64,000 nt of DNA from an uncultured Cytophagales bacterium. Its GTDB lineage: Bacteria; Bacteroidota; Bacteroidia; Cytophagales; Cyclobacteriaceae. The position numbers were made by a program, and so were the translations under genes. The DNA lies in assembly GCA_963774615.1 (NCBI GenBank), contig CAVZFT010000035.1, positions 40,595 through 104,594 of the forward strand. The letters run 5' to 3'. Positions within the stretch are counted from its first letter, which is position 1, and every line of letters begins with the position of its first letter. Positions 1 to 10,119 of the stretch are shown here, piece after piece. The notes beneath the pieces are model-generated. The model ran no database searches. It was given only the letters and a program-made list of their open reading frames with translations, and was not told the origin of the DNA.

Positions 1-757
1 TTAATGTTGATATGTAAATGTCACCTTCGCCTTCCTCATAATAGAGGAAAAGGGTCTTGCCATCGGGAGACAGCGATGCAGCTGCATCATTGTATTTAAT
101 GTTCACATTGGCGCTTATAAGTTTGGGCGCAGTCCACCCGCTGGCGGTTTTATTAGATACGAATATGTCCTCGTAGTTTGCGTTGGCTTTTGCCCTTGCA
201 GGATCATCAGTCCTGTTCGATGTAAAGATCAGTGTATTTCCATCTGCGGAAATAATCGGTGAGTAATCGTTGTAGGGAGTATTTACTGCATTGCCGAGAT
301 TTTCAATTATTACATTCAATTCGTTTTGTGACAAAGAATCGGCAATATGACATTCAGCTATTTTCTCATCTGCAATACTTCCCAACTCTTTCTTCTTTTT
401 TTTGAACCGTTCGAAATGTTCGATGGCTTTTTTGAACTCGTTGGTGTTCTGGAATGCTATTCCAAGGTGATAGTCAATGTCGGGATTAACCGCCGGGTTG
501 AGACGATATGCTTTGTCAATGTACGATGCCGCTTTTGATTTCGTTTCGGAATAAAGATAAGTCAGACCGATCTTGAAATTAACAAGCGCATCATCAGGGT
601 TCATTTCGAACGCCGACATGTAGGACGACATTGCATTTTTGTAGTCCTTCTTTCCGTAGAATTTGTCTCCGGCAGCAATAAGGGATTTCACATCCTGGGC
701 ATATCCGAAGTGTGCGAACAGAACTAAAAATGCGGCTGCTAAAAAATGTTTATCCAT
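1..757 (-). CDS. TPR + PD40 beta-propeller periplasmic protein (probable OmpA-family N-terminus), runs off the window
   Basis: My translation of the minus strand from ATG at 757: signal peptide MDKHFLAAAFLVLFAHFGYAQ, TPR-like helices, then PD40 motifs (NTPYNDYSPIISADGNTLIFTSNR; ASLSPDGKTLFLY). Absent from the ORF track because it has no stop in the window. Confidence 0.8.
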   Translation of the reverse strand, partial: MDKHFLAAAFLVLFAHFGYAQDVKSLIAAGDKFYGKKDYKNAMSSYMSAFEMNPDDALVNFKIGLTYLYSETKSKAASYIDKAYRLNPAVNPDIDYHLGIAFQNTNEFKKAIEHFERFKKKKKELGSIADEKIAECHIADSLSQNELNVIIENLGNAVNTPYNDYSPIISADGNTLIFTSNRTDDPARAKANANYEDIFVSNKTASGWTAPKLISANVNIKYNDAAASLSPDGKTLFLYYEEGEGDIYISTL

Positions 758-870
758 GACGATGGATAGTTGGGGTTAACAGTTGAAAAAGTAAGACAAA
801 TATCCAAAAGTTAGGGCTGAAATGTAATCATCAGAAGAATGCATTAACCTCCAATATGGTACATCGTGAA

Positions 871-2559
871 TTATTGCATAACTGATGCACCCACCCATCC
901 GGGGCCACGAACAACACGGCCTGGAGTTGCTCCGGTGTGTTCGCCCTGTGACAGGACCATTGTTCCATTGACAAAAACATACACCATGCCTGTGGCATAC
1001 TGCATGGGCTTTTCGAATGTTGCATGATCCTGAATCTTATCTGCATCAAAAAGAACAATGTCGGCAAAGTTGCCAGGCGTTAACATTCCACGTTTCTTGA
1101 TCTTTAGATTTCCAGCTGGAAGTGATGTCAATCTGCGAATCGCTTCCTGCAGAGCGATCACTTTTTCTTCCCTAACATATTTTGACAATAACCTCGCGAC
1201 ATTTCCATATGCGCGCGGATGGGTACTTGATTTAAGGAAAACTCCTTCCGGCGCCGATGATTCTGCATCCGACCCGAAGCTAACATAGGGAAGCTTAATC
1301 TGCCTTTTAATATTTTCTTCCGACATCATGAAATACACCGTACCCACGCGAGTGCTATCTGTCATCACCAGATCCATCGCTGTTTCCTCAGGGGACTTTC
1401 CGTGCAATGCCGCGACCTCCGCTAATGTTTTTCCTGTGAGTTTTTTCAGGGAATCATTGGCAAATCCTACAAGAAGGACTTTGTCCGGACTGCCACTCAT
1501 TTGAAGAAGATTTTCCCAGGTATTTGATGGTGTTCGCATTTCACTGATAACTTTTTTTCGAATTGCAGGATCTTTTAATCTCCTGATCCATTCTTTGATT
1601 CCGCCTTCCTGCACCCATGGTGGCATGGCCGCGTCCAGACCGGTAGCCCCGGCGGTATATGTATACATGTCGGCCGTTATTTTCAGGCCCTCGTTATTTG
1701 CTCCTGCGATCTTGTTGATTACAGAATCGATCTTATTCCAATTGTCTTTTCCGGCCATCTTAAGGTGATAGATCTCGGCCGGGACCTTTGCTTCACGGGC
1801 GATCCGGATTGTTTCATCTATCGCTGCAAAGATGTTGTTTCCTTCACTGCGCATATGCGTAATGTACATTCCTCCGTATGCGCTAGCTTCTTTGCAAAGT
1901 TCGATGAGCTCTTCCGTCGAGGAGTAGTTGGCTGGTGCATAGATGAGCGACGCTCCTACGCCCAGCGCACCCTCTTCCATGGCTTCACGCGTGAGCTTTT
2001 TCATACGATCCAGCTCATCCGGTGTAGGAGGGCGGTTAGCCATTCCCAGCTCGTGTATCCGGAGTGATGTTGCTCCCACAAAAGAAGCTACGTTGCAGGA
2101 AACACCTTTTTTTTCCAAATGGTCCAGGTATTCTCCCAAGCTTGTCCAGGGTATTTCGAACGTGTAGTCATGCATTTGTGACCTCATTCCTTTTTTCATC
2201 TCTTCGTTGAGTGGTCCCATCGACATCCCTTCGCCAAACACTTCGAGCGTAACTCCTTGCCGGATATCACCCTGTGATTTTCCATCGACGATCAGGCTTT
2301 CAGTAGCCCAGCTCAGCATGTTGATAAAACCGGGAGCAACCGACAAACCTTTTGCGTCGATCTCTGATTTGCCGACAGCATTAGACAAATCCCCTATAGC
2401 AGCGATCGTATCCGAATTTATCCCGATGTCAGCAACAACAGGATCACCGCCGCTTCCATCGTAGATCGTTCCTCCGCGGATGACAACATCAAATGATTTT
2501 TTCTCTGTGCATGAAATGATAAGCGCCAGTACCAGCGCGACAAGGCCAAAACGGATCAT
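871..2559 (-). CDS. N-acyl-D-amino-acid deacylase (D-aminoacylase), amidohydrolase family, probable lipoprotein
   Basis: GGTIYDGSG, APGFINMLSW, THMRSEG, EIYHLK, GSDA and HPRAYG motifs; N-terminal lipobox-like IISC. Confidence 0.88.
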   Translation of the reverse strand: MIRFGLVALVLALIISCTEKKSFDVVIRGGTIYDGSGGDPVVADIGINSDTIAAIGDLSNAVGKSEIDAKGLSVAPGFINMLSWATESLIVDGKSQGDIRQGVTLEVFGEGMSMGPLNEEMKKGMRSQMHDYTFEIPWTSLGEYLDHLEKKGVSCNVASFVGATSLRIHELGMANRPPTPDELDRMKKLTREAMEEGALGVGASLIYAPANYSSTEELIELCKEASAYGGMYITHMRSEGNNIFAAIDETIRIAREAKVPAEIYHLKMAGKDNWNKIDSVINKIAGANNEGLKITADMYTYTAGATGLDAAMPPWVQEGGIKEWIRRLKDPAIRKKVISEMRTPSNTWENLLQMSGSPDKVLLVGFANDSLKKLTGKTLAEVAALHGKSPEETAMDLVMTDSTRVGTVYFMMSEENIKRQIKLPYVSFGSDAESSAPEGVFLKSSTHPRAYGNVARLLSKYVREEKVIALQEAIRRLTSLPAGNLKIKKRGMLTPGNFADIVLFDADKIQDHATFEKPMQYATGMVYVFVNGTMVLSQGEHTGATPGRVVRGPGWVGASVMQ

Positions 2560-2625
2560 GGAAGTGTTGAGTAAAAGTTACTCTTGAATGTAGCTGGATT
2601 AGATCAACATTCAAAAGAGATGTAT

Positions 2626-2663
2626 CCCAGCTACCTAGGTACCTAGGTACCTAGGTACCTGGG
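2626..2663. repeat. Palindromic octamer tandem array (TACCTAGG)n
   Basis: CCCAGCTACCTAGGTACCTAGGTACCTAGGTACCTGGG, nearly self-complementary, between the two D-aminoacylase genes. Confidence 0.85.
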
Positions 2664-2667
2664 AATG

Positions 2668-4314
2668 TTAGCGTCCTTTGTAACCCGGACCGCGTACTAT
2701 TTTTCCCGGAGTGGCACCGGTATGTTCACCATCCATCAAAACAGGAATACCATTTACAAATACGTGAATCATACCTTCAGCGTATTGTTTAGGATCTTCA
2801 AAAGTGGCGAGGTCCTTTATAGCCGACGGATTAAAAATAGCGAGGTCTGCATAATAGCCGACGTCAAGCGTTCCCCTCTTTTTGATTTTGAGATTTGTTG
2901 CCGGCAAGGATGTCAGTCTCTGGACCGCTTCTTCCATGCTAATCAGTTTTTCGTCGCGGACGTACTTGCCGAGGAAACGGGCAAACGTCCCGTAAGCACG
3001 AGGATGTGTTCCCCAATCCTTGAAAATCTCTGCATCGGACATAGATGCTCCATCAGATCCGAAGCTTACGTACGGCTGTCTGATTACTTTTCTGATATTT
3101 TCTTCCGACTGTTGATAATACAACGACGCAATGGTCGACTTATCCCGCATTACAAGATCGATGACGGTTTCATCCGGGTCTTTTCCATGAATAGAGGCTA
3201 CTTCATCAAGTCTTTTGCCGCGATAAAGTTTGTTAAGGGAATCAAGCCGGAATCCAAGCAGGACAACGTCGTGTGCGTCTGAGTTCTTATACGGTATGCC
3301 CACACGCATTTCGTGAAGTACTTTGGCACGCACCGAAGGATTTCTCATTCGCTTACGCATCGCCGCGGCGCCCCCTTCCTGAACCCAGTTAGGCAGTCGA
3401 GCCGTCAGCCCGGTTGCACTGGCTACATACGGATAACTATTTGCCGTGATCTTCAGTCCTGATTTTCTTGCACTGTCGATCTTGGTCAGGACGGTATCCA
3501 TCTTATTCCAGTTACGCGCAATGTTGATCTTCAGGTGATAGATCTCCGCGTGAATATTTGCTTCGCTGGCGATCCTGAATGTTTCGTTCAGCGCACTGAA
3601 GATGAAGTCGCCCTCACTTCTCATGTGGGTGGTGTACATACCCCCATAGCTCGAAACTACCTTTGCCATCTCAATGAGCTCTTCAGTGGAAGCATAATCC
3701 GCCGGAGCGTAAATGAGCGATGAGCCCAATCCCATTGCGCCATCCTCCATTGCCTGTTTCACCAGGTCTTTCATTCTTTTTAGTTCTTCGGCATTCGGTG
3801 GCCGTTTTTCATAGCCCAGCTCGTGAATGCGTACCGAAGTGGCACCGACGAAGGAAGCAGCGTTTGGGCTGATGCCTTTTTTGGTAAGGTAGTCGAAGTA
3901 ACCTCCCAGAGTGGTCCAAAGACTGTCAACGGGTTTGGTCGTATTTTTTCTTTTTACAGGTCCGGGGCTCCAGCCTTCTCCGAAAATTTCGAGTGTTACA
4001 CCCTGTTTAATATCACTCATGGAACTGCCGTCCAGCAACAAACTTCTATCGGCCCAGCTCAGCATATTGATAAATCCTGGTGCGATAGCCAGTCCGGTAG
4101 CGTCTATTTCCTTCTTTCCTTTAGCATTTGTAAGTTCTCCGATAGCGGCGATGGTATCAGCCTGGATAGCTACATCGCCGATGAATGAGGGTTTGCCGGT
4201 GCCATCATAGATCGTTCCGTGTCTCAGAATGTAATCGAACTCTTGTTGTGGCGGTTGTTGAGTACAGGCGATGATCAACGAAAGACCGAAGCCGAAAACG
4301 ATACCGTAGTACAT
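2668..4314 (-). CDS. N-acyl-D-amino-acid deacylase paralog, probable lipoprotein
   Basis: Same motif set as 871..2559 (APGFINMLSW, THMRSEG, EIYHLK, GSDG, HPRAYGTF); lipobox-like IIAC. Confidence 0.88.
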   Translation of the reverse strand: MYYGIVFGFGLSLIIACTQQPPQQEFDYILRHGTIYDGTGKPSFIGDVAIQADTIAAIGELTNAKGKKEIDATGLAIAPGFINMLSWADRSLLLDGSSMSDIKQGVTLEIFGEGWSPGPVKRKNTTKPVDSLWTTLGGYFDYLTKKGISPNAASFVGATSVRIHELGYEKRPPNAEELKRMKDLVKQAMEDGAMGLGSSLIYAPADYASTEELIEMAKVVSSYGGMYTTHMRSEGDFIFSALNETFRIASEANIHAEIYHLKINIARNWNKMDTVLTKIDSARKSGLKITANSYPYVASATGLTARLPNWVQEGGAAAMRKRMRNPSVRAKVLHEMRVGIPYKNSDAHDVVLLGFRLDSLNKLYRGKRLDEVASIHGKDPDETVIDLVMRDKSTIASLYYQQSEENIRKVIRQPYVSFGSDGASMSDAEIFKDWGTHPRAYGTFARFLGKYVRDEKLISMEEAVQRLTSLPATNLKIKKRGTLDVGYYADLAIFNPSAIKDLATFEDPKQYAEGMIHVFVNGIPVLMDGEHTGATPGKIVRGPGYKGR

Positions 4315-4403
4315 AGCTGAGAATATGGCGCCATGTTAGGCAGCTTTGGCGACAATTGAAAGAAGATGTAAGGTTCTGGATTCAATAAACCGTTTTCACC
4401 TAC

Positions 4404-5168
4404 CTACATCTTTAATAGTTTCAGGAAGACTGGAAAACGTACTGGTTTGCTGTCGTTGTCCCGATAATTATCGGGATTCCACACCTTTTCAAGCTGAGCT
4501 AACACGTCGGGTAACGGATTGTGGCCTGTTTTTCTAATATACATTTGGGTGGCTGACCAGCTTTCGAGATATCCAGTCAGGTGATTCAGTGTCCATGCCG
4601 AAGTAATATCAAACCTTGGGCTTTCGATCTCTTTGAAAGGAAACGAAAGGGAACGGTATTCATCTTCAACAAGGCGCCGGGCTTCGTCCCAGTAAGGACC
4701 AACGACGTTGTCGTAGAAGTTCATTAAGACCTCATCGATATCAGGTTGGATGTATAATAATGCGTACCCCCAAATAGCCAACAACGAGCCTTCTTTGCCG
4801 ACTCTCTTTGCCTCATCATAGAATTTTTCGCGATCGAACCAATGCAACGCTTGCGCTACAGTAATTAAGTCGAATTGATGATCTTCGAAGGTGGTTTGTT
4901 CACCCGGGCTGACCGAATAGATTATGTTATGCTTTTTAATAGCATTGTCGAGCTGCTGTTGACTGATATCTGTTGCATATACTTCGTCAAAATGGTCGGC
5001 GAGATGCCCGGCTACCTGGCCGTTGCCCGTTGCGCAGTCCCACGCTTTTTGCTTCGTTTCCAACTTGCTGAATATAAAATCGTAGAGTTCCTTCGGATAA
5101 GTGGGTCTGAAAGCTGCATATACGTTGGCTTGTGCTGAAAAAAGATCCTTCCGCGACGATTGATTCAT
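4404..5168 (-). CDS. Class I SAM-dependent methyltransferase
   Basis: WDCATGNGQ motif I, DIS motif II, DLITVAQALHWF. Confidence 0.85.
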   Translation of the reverse strand: MNQSSRKDLFSAQANVYAAFRPTYPKELYDFIFSKLETKQKAWDCATGNGQVAGHLADHFDEVYATDISQQQLDNAIKKHNIIYSVSPGEQTTFEDHQFDLITVAQALHWFDREKFYDEAKRVGKEGSLLAIWGYALLYIQPDIDEVLMNFYDNVVGPYWDEARRLVEDEYRSLSFPFKEIESPRFDITSAWTLNHLTGYLESWSATQMYIRKTGHNPLPDVLAQLEKVWNPDNYRDNDSKPVRFPVFLKLLKM

Positions 5169-5249
5169 ATAAGGGCCTCCTGAAAAAGTAATAAAAATCT
5201 AAAGATCTGTAATTCCTTGGTTAAAAAACTTTTCGCATGAAATGCATAT

Positions 5250-5344
5250 CCCGCAGATCGTCGCGGATTTAAAATACCGCAGAAAAATCGCAGAAAAAGT
5301 TTTCAGCGTAAATCTGCGTGCGTTCGATCAGCGAATTCTGCGGG
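5250..5344. repeat. Inverted array of CGCAGA/TCTGCG units
   Basis: CCGCAGATCGTCGCGG..CCGCAGAAAAATCGCAGA followed by AATCTGCG..TTCTGCGGG. Confidence 0.6.
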
Positions 5345-5557
5345 GAAAAGATAACTTTTTCAGCAGACCCAACTTAAATTATTTTTATCCTGTTCCAACC
5401 TTTCTACGTATGTCGGGGTCTAAAGGTGACGATGCACGGATATTTTTACCGTACGTGCACATGGTAGAGGGGTAGGTAAAAAGCGTAAGAAGTTGGATAG
5501 AGGGAGGTTAGCTGTTGACTGTTAAATGGGTAAGAATTCAGCTTCGAACGCATGAAG

Positions 5558-5590
5558 GGCCATATGAGCAATCGTATGGCTCTTTTTTTT
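5558..5590 (+). terminator. Intrinsic terminator with the T-tract on the + strand
   Basis: GGGCCATATG-AGCAAT-CGTATGGCTC followed by a run of T. Confidence 0.6.
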
Positions 5591-6374
5591 ACAACATTTT
5601 TACCAGGATCTCTTTGAAGAGTTTTGCGGCCACCATCGCTGTTGCGCCATTGACGTCGCGCGTGGGATTTAGTTCAACAATGTCGGCACCAACGATGTCG
5701 GCTTTCAGATTTTGAATGACGGATAATACCTGCCGTGTAGAAAATCCTCCAGGTTCATAATGTGATACACCCGGAACAAATGCAGGATCGAGCGCGTCTA
5801 GGTCCAGTGAAATATAAACGGGTCCCTCAAATTCAATAGTCACGCCATCTCTCCAGTCCTTCATTTCAATAGCCTCCACGTTGAATCGTTTTACCTGCTC
5901 GCGCTGATGAGCGTTGTAAGTTCGGATGCCGATCTGTAATAATCGCTTTGCAAGTCGTTCCTCCATGATTCTGGCAAATGGGCATGCGTGCGAAAGTTTG
6001 TTTCCTTCAAAATCATCATACAGGTCGCCATGCGCATCAATATGCAGGATGTTGAGGTTGGAATATTTTTTAGCGAAACCTTTTATGATGGGATAGGTTA
6101 TGGAATGATCTCCACCAAAACTTAAGACCCGGGCACCTTGATTCAATTGCTTTTCAACCTCGTTCGTTATTTCTGAAAACGCTGTTGGCATCGAAGATAA
6201 TTTCAGATCGCCGATGTCTTTCCAATTTTTATTGTCTTTCAGATTAATCCCGTTTTCAGTCCAATAGTTGGAGGAATCGGAATTATATGCTTCCCGGATA
6301 TGCCGTGGTGCATCCGATGCTCCCCGAAGAAATGAGGAATTTTCGTCGAGGGGTATTCCGAGGCAAACTACCAT
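5589..6374 (-). CDS. speB: Agmatinase / arginase-family ureohydrolase
   Basis: GGDHSI, HIDAHGD, DLDALDP and EPGG motifs. Confidence 0.8.
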   Translation of the reverse strand: MVVCLGIPLDENSSFLRGASDAPRHIREAYNSDSSNYWTENGINLKDNKNWKDIGDLKLSSMPTAFSEITNEVEKQLNQGARVLSFGGDHSITYPIIKGFAKKYSNLNILHIDAHGDLYDDFEGNKLSHACPFARIMEERLAKRLLQIGIRTYNAHQREQVKRFNVEAIEMKDWRDGVTIEFEGPVYISLDLDALDPAFVPGVSHYEPGGFSTRQVLSVIQNLKADIVGADIVELNPTRDVNGATAMVAAKLFKEILVKML

Positions 6375-6402
6375 ACGATCATTTTTATTTTGGAGCGCAA
6401 AT

Positions 6403-7455
6403 TCACTTCAGTTTAGCATCCATCCATTTAGTCATATGGTCCCACATGTCTGGAGTGTAAACGTGACCTGTTTTTGGATAAATAATGCTCTGGAATTCGT
6501 CGTCGGCTTTGTTAAGCTTGTACACCCGTTGAACGACGCTTTCGATCTTCTTGATTCCGCTGACAGGTGATCCGATGTCTTCATCGCCTGTAAGGAAAAG
6601 TATTGGCCTCGGAGCGATCAGGCTGATCACCGCTTCCGTGTCAAAGTGTTTGAGGAACCCAGGGACGAAATAGTAAATGCCGTGAGCTTTTAATTTTTGT
6701 TCCGACGTGAGTTCCTGGTAACGTGTAAGGCATCCTACAGCGACGCCCGCTTTTATTCGTTCGTCGAGCGCCATTAACCACCACGTTCGGGTTGCGCCCA
6801 TACTGATACCCGTCGCTGCTATATGCGCAGTATCAACTTCCGGTCGTGATAAAAGATATTCTAATGCCATTTGATCATCACGAACCATCATTGCCCATAA
6901 TGACCGTCCCATCCACAGCTCATATTTCGATGTAGACATCTCTTCTCCTCCGCCGATTTCCTGAGGCCCTCCGGGACCTTTTCCGCTTCTCTCTCCAAAA
7001 CAGTAAGCATCAATCGCGATCACTACATAGCCAAGACTGGTGAGTACATCAGCCGGTACTTGTGGTGTATGATGCGTTGTGAAGATCTCTTGTTTACCCA
7101 GGTCATAGTTTCCTCCATGCCAATGGGAATAATATATCGCAGGGTGTTTGGACTTACCATTGTTGGGAATGAGAAGGTAGCCGGGTACGATGGCACCTGC
7201 TCCATTATCAAACTCAAACTTTTCCAGTGTGTAAGCGCCCTTGTTTTCGCGTGAAAGTGTTTTGACCGGCGTAACCTTTGGTCGTGGCGGCAGATCACCC
7301 ATTACTTGAACGAGCGTCTTACGGATGTCCACACGTTGTTTTTTCCACTGATCCAACGTGGCTGGTATTGCTAATTCTGGAACATCAGGTTTCACGATCT
7401 GCGCAAGGTTTTTCAGCGGAACAAGAAGGGCAAGTAAAATGAAAATCTTTTTCAT
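6403..7455 (-). CDS. Secreted alpha/beta hydrolase (dienelactone hydrolase / acetyl xylan esterase-like)
   Basis: Signal peptide, nucleophile elbow GISMG, late Asp and His (GDED, GHVY). Confidence 0.75.
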   Translation of the reverse strand: MKKIFILLALLVPLKNLAQIVKPDVPELAIPATLDQWKKQRVDIRKTLVQVMGDLPPRPKVTPVKTLSRENKGAYTLEKFEFDNGAGAIVPGYLLIPNNGKSKHPAIYYSHWHGGNYDLGKQEIFTTHHTPQVPADVLTSLGYVVIAIDAYCFGERSGKGPGGPQEIGGGEEMSTSKYELWMGRSLWAMMVRDDQMALEYLLSRPEVDTAHIAATGISMGATRTWWLMALDERIKAGVAVGCLTRYQELTSEQKLKAHGIYYFVPGFLKHFDTEAVISLIAPRPILFLTGDEDIGSPVSGIKKIESVVQRVYKLNKADDEFQSIIYPKTGHVYTPDMWDHMTKWMDAKLK

Positions 7456-7477
7456 GTTCGTTATTCACTCACACTAA

Positions 7478-7630
7478 GGAGTTATAAGTTATGAGTTATG
7501 TGTTATGAGTTGGGGCATGGGCATGGGTGTGAGTGCGGACTGACTTTCGCCAAGTGTAGTCATTACGACGAATTTCACACCCCAAACCCACACCCACACA
7601 ATAAACTCATAACTCATAACTCATAACTCC
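7478..7630. repeat. Nested inverted tandem arrays: outer heptamer GAGTTAT/ATAACTC, inner hexamer GGGYRT/ACACCC
   Basis: GAGTTAT-type x4-5 at 7478-7511 and ATAACTC-type x4 at 7604-7630, enclosing GGGCATGGGCATGGGTGT and CACACCCCAAACCCACACCCACAC. Confidence 0.85.
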
Positions 7631-7633
7631 TAA

Positions 7634-9379
7634 CTACTTCTTCGTCAACGCAAGTTCTTTCAATTGCTCATCCGAAATAGTCGACGGTGTATCAATCATC
7701 ACATCGCGGCCGGCATTGTTCTTGGGAAATGCAATAAAATCGCGAATGGAATCAGCGCCGCCAAATAATGAGCACAACCGATCAAACCCGAATGCTATTC
7801 CACCGTGTGGAGGCGCACCAAACTCGAAAGCTTCCATAAGGAATCCAAATTGCTTCTTCGCCTCCTCTTCTGTAAAGCCGAGGTGGTTGAACATCATTTG
7901 TTGTGTAGGCCTATCGTGAATACGAATGGATCCGCCACCTACTTCGGTTCCGTTGATCACCATGTCGTATGCATTTGCGCGGACGTCCCCAGGCTGACTG
8001 TCCAGCAACTTTATATCCTCGTGTTTTGGAGACGTGAATGGGTGGTGCATGGCATGATAACGTTTCGTTTCTTCGCTCCACTCCAGCAACGGGAAGTCAA
8101 GAACCCACAAGGCGGAGAACTTTTGCTTGTCGCGAAGTCCGAGGCGTTCACCCATAAGAAGGCGCAGTTCGTTGAGCTGCTTGCGCGTCGACTCTGTTGG
8201 ACCTGCTAATAACAGAATAAGGTCACCGGGCTTGGCATTAAATCGTTCTGCCCAAATCTTCAGGTCTTCAGGTGAATAGAATTTATCAACAGACGATTTA
8301 AGAGAACCATCCGTCCTGAATTGCACATACACTAGTCCTTTGGCTCCAACCTGCGGACGCTTAATGAAGTCAGTTAATTCGTCGATCTGCTTGCGCGAAT
8401 ATTCGGAGCAACCCTGGGCATTGATACCAACCACCAGTTGCGCACTTTCAAATACAGCAAAGTTTTTTCCCTTAGTGAGGTCTGTGATCTCCACAAACTT
8501 CATCTCGAAACGCGTATCCGGCTTATCGGAGCCGTAGAGTTTCATCGCATCGTCATACTTCATCCGTGGTACGGCAGGTATATCGATGCCCTTCACATTC
8601 TTAAAAAGGTGACGTATTAACCCTTCGAACGTATTCAATATATCTTCCTGTGTAATGAATGACATTTCACAGTCGATCTGAGTGAACTCAGGCTGACGGT
8701 CAGCCCTCAGGTCTTCATCACGGAAACATTTCACGATTTGATAATACCTGTCAAACCCGGACACCATCAGCAATTGTTTGAAAGTCTGCGGAGACTGTGG
8801 CAATGCGTAAAATTCTCCATGATGTATGCGCGATGGCACAACAAAATCACGGGCGCCTTCTGGTGTCGACTTTATCAATACAGGAGTCTCGACCTCTATA
8901 AAATTCTGACCGTCGAGGTATGTCCTCGTTTGCTGCGCCATCTTATGACGGAGCTGCAAACTTTCCCTTACAGGATTCCGACGTAGATCCAGGTATCTGT
9001 ATTTCATTCTCAACTCATCTCCGCCATCTGTGTCATCCTCAATGGTGAAGGGAGGAAGTTTAGCGGCATTAAGCACACTCAGCTTCGTTACTTTTACTTC
9101 GATGTCGCCGGTTGCTATCTTATCATTTTTCGAAAGACGTTCTACCACTGTTCCTTCAACCTGGATGACAAACTCTCGTCCAAGATTTCGGCCCGCTTTC
9201 AGAAGTTCAGGATCTGTTTTCCCTTCTTCAAAAATCAACTGAGTGATGCCATAACGATCGCGCATATCAATCCATATCACGCTTCCTTTGTCGCGCAGGC
9301 GTTGTACCCAGCCCGCCAGGGTAACAAGCTTGTTCGCATCCGCTAATCTCAATTCGCCGCAAGTGTGAGTTCGTAACAT
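7634..9379 (-). CDS. aspS: Aspartate--tRNA ligase
   Basis: [10 protein letters not shown] start, [58 protein letters not shown]. Confidence 0.98.
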   Translation of the reverse strand: MLRTHTCGELRLADANKLVTLAGWVQRLRDKGSVIWIDMRDRYGITQLIFEEGKTDPELLKAGRNLGREFVIQVEGTVVERLSKNDKIATGDIEVKVTKLSVLNAAKLPPFTIEDDTDGGDELRMKYRYLDLRRNPVRESLQLRHKMAQQTRTYLDGQNFIEVETPVLIKSTPEGARDFVVPSRIHHGEFYALPQSPQTFKQLLMVSGFDRYYQIVKCFRDEDLRADRQPEFTQIDCEMSFITQEDILNTFEGLIRHLFKNVKGIDIPAVPRMKYDDAMKLYGSDKPDTRFEMKFVEITDLTKGKNFAVFESAQLVVGINAQGCSEYSRKQIDELTDFIKRPQVGAKGLVYVQFRTDGSLKSSVDKFYSPEDLKIWAERFNAKPGDLILLLAGPTESTRKQLNELRLLMGERLGLRDKQKFSALWVLDFPLLEWSEETKRYHAMHHPFTSPKHEDIKLLDSQPGDVRANAYDMVINGTEVGGGSIRIHDRPTQQMMFNHLGFTEEEAKKQFGFLMEAFEFGAPPHGGIAFGFDRLCSLFGGADSIRDFIAFPKNNAGRDVMIDTPSTISDEQLKELALTKK

Positions 9380-9491
9380 CTCAGTTTTAGTTAATTTTGC
9401 CCGCTAACCAGCCCTCGCCTGCAGAAAACCGCGTTTTCGAGGGGTGTACAGACTGGCGCGAATTTAAGAATACTTTGTATTTGAGTACTAT

Positions 9492-10058
9492 ATGCTAAAG
9501 ATTAAAAGTAGTCCGTTAATGTGGCTTTTTCCCGCAGTATTGTTCTTCATCGCGGCAGATAAGCCCAAGTTGATGAAAGTGAAAGTCAACGACGCCATCA
9601 CGGTGTCCGTACCCAAGGATTGGCTTCCGATGCAGGAGGACGATATAGTTCAGCGTTATCCATCGGTGCGCGCCCCTCTCATGGCCTATACTAATGCGGA
9701 ACGTGTTGCAGACTTCAGTGTGAATGTATCTGCAACTCAGTGGCCGGATGATGACATCGAGCTTGCTAAAAAGTTTTTTAAGGCCGGCCTGGTTAATGTT
9801 TTTGATCGCGTAGATATGATCGACGAAGGAATTCACGAGGTGCGTGGTAAAAAGTTTATCTTCTTTGAGTTTGAATCGCGAATAAATGGCAGCCGGCAGC
9901 AGGAATCAACGCAAGATCCGGTGATGCGCTATACTTACATTCAATATTTCATTGAACCGGGAAGGGCCCTCGTGTTTTCATTTAATTGTCCGCGTCGCGA
10001 CCGAGAATTATGGCAGGAAACTGCGCGGGCAATGATGGGAGAGGTGAGAATAAAATAA
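9492..10058 (+). CDS. Hypothetical secreted protein
   Basis: 188 aa ORF with a hydrophobic N-terminus, filling the intergenic space divergent from aspS. Confidence 0.7.
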   Translation: MLKIKSSPLMWLFPAVLFFIAADKPKLMKVKVNDAITVSVPKDWLPMQEDDIVQRYPSVRAPLMAYTNAERVADFSVNVSATQWPDDDIELAKKFFKAGLVNVFDRVDMIDEGIHEVRGKKFIFFEFESRINGSRQQESTQDPVMRYTYIQYFIEPGRALVFSFNCPRRDRELWQETARAMMGEVRIK

Positions 10059-10104
10059 ACCAGACAGTTTGGGGTCTTTGCGTTGTCATTCTGCATGAGG
10101 CTTT

Positions 10105-10112
10105 TAGCTTTG
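10105..10112 (+). promoter_or_regulatory. Bacteroidota sigma-A -7 box upstream of tadA
   Basis: TAGCTTTG matches TAnnTTTG; TTTG at ~10077 is a plausible -33 box. Confidence 0.55.
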
Positions 10113-10119
10113 TGCCTTT

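Noticed and set aside
5242-5475. 77-aa plus-strand ORF
   Set aside because: The first half is the CGCAGA repeat element; no family features.
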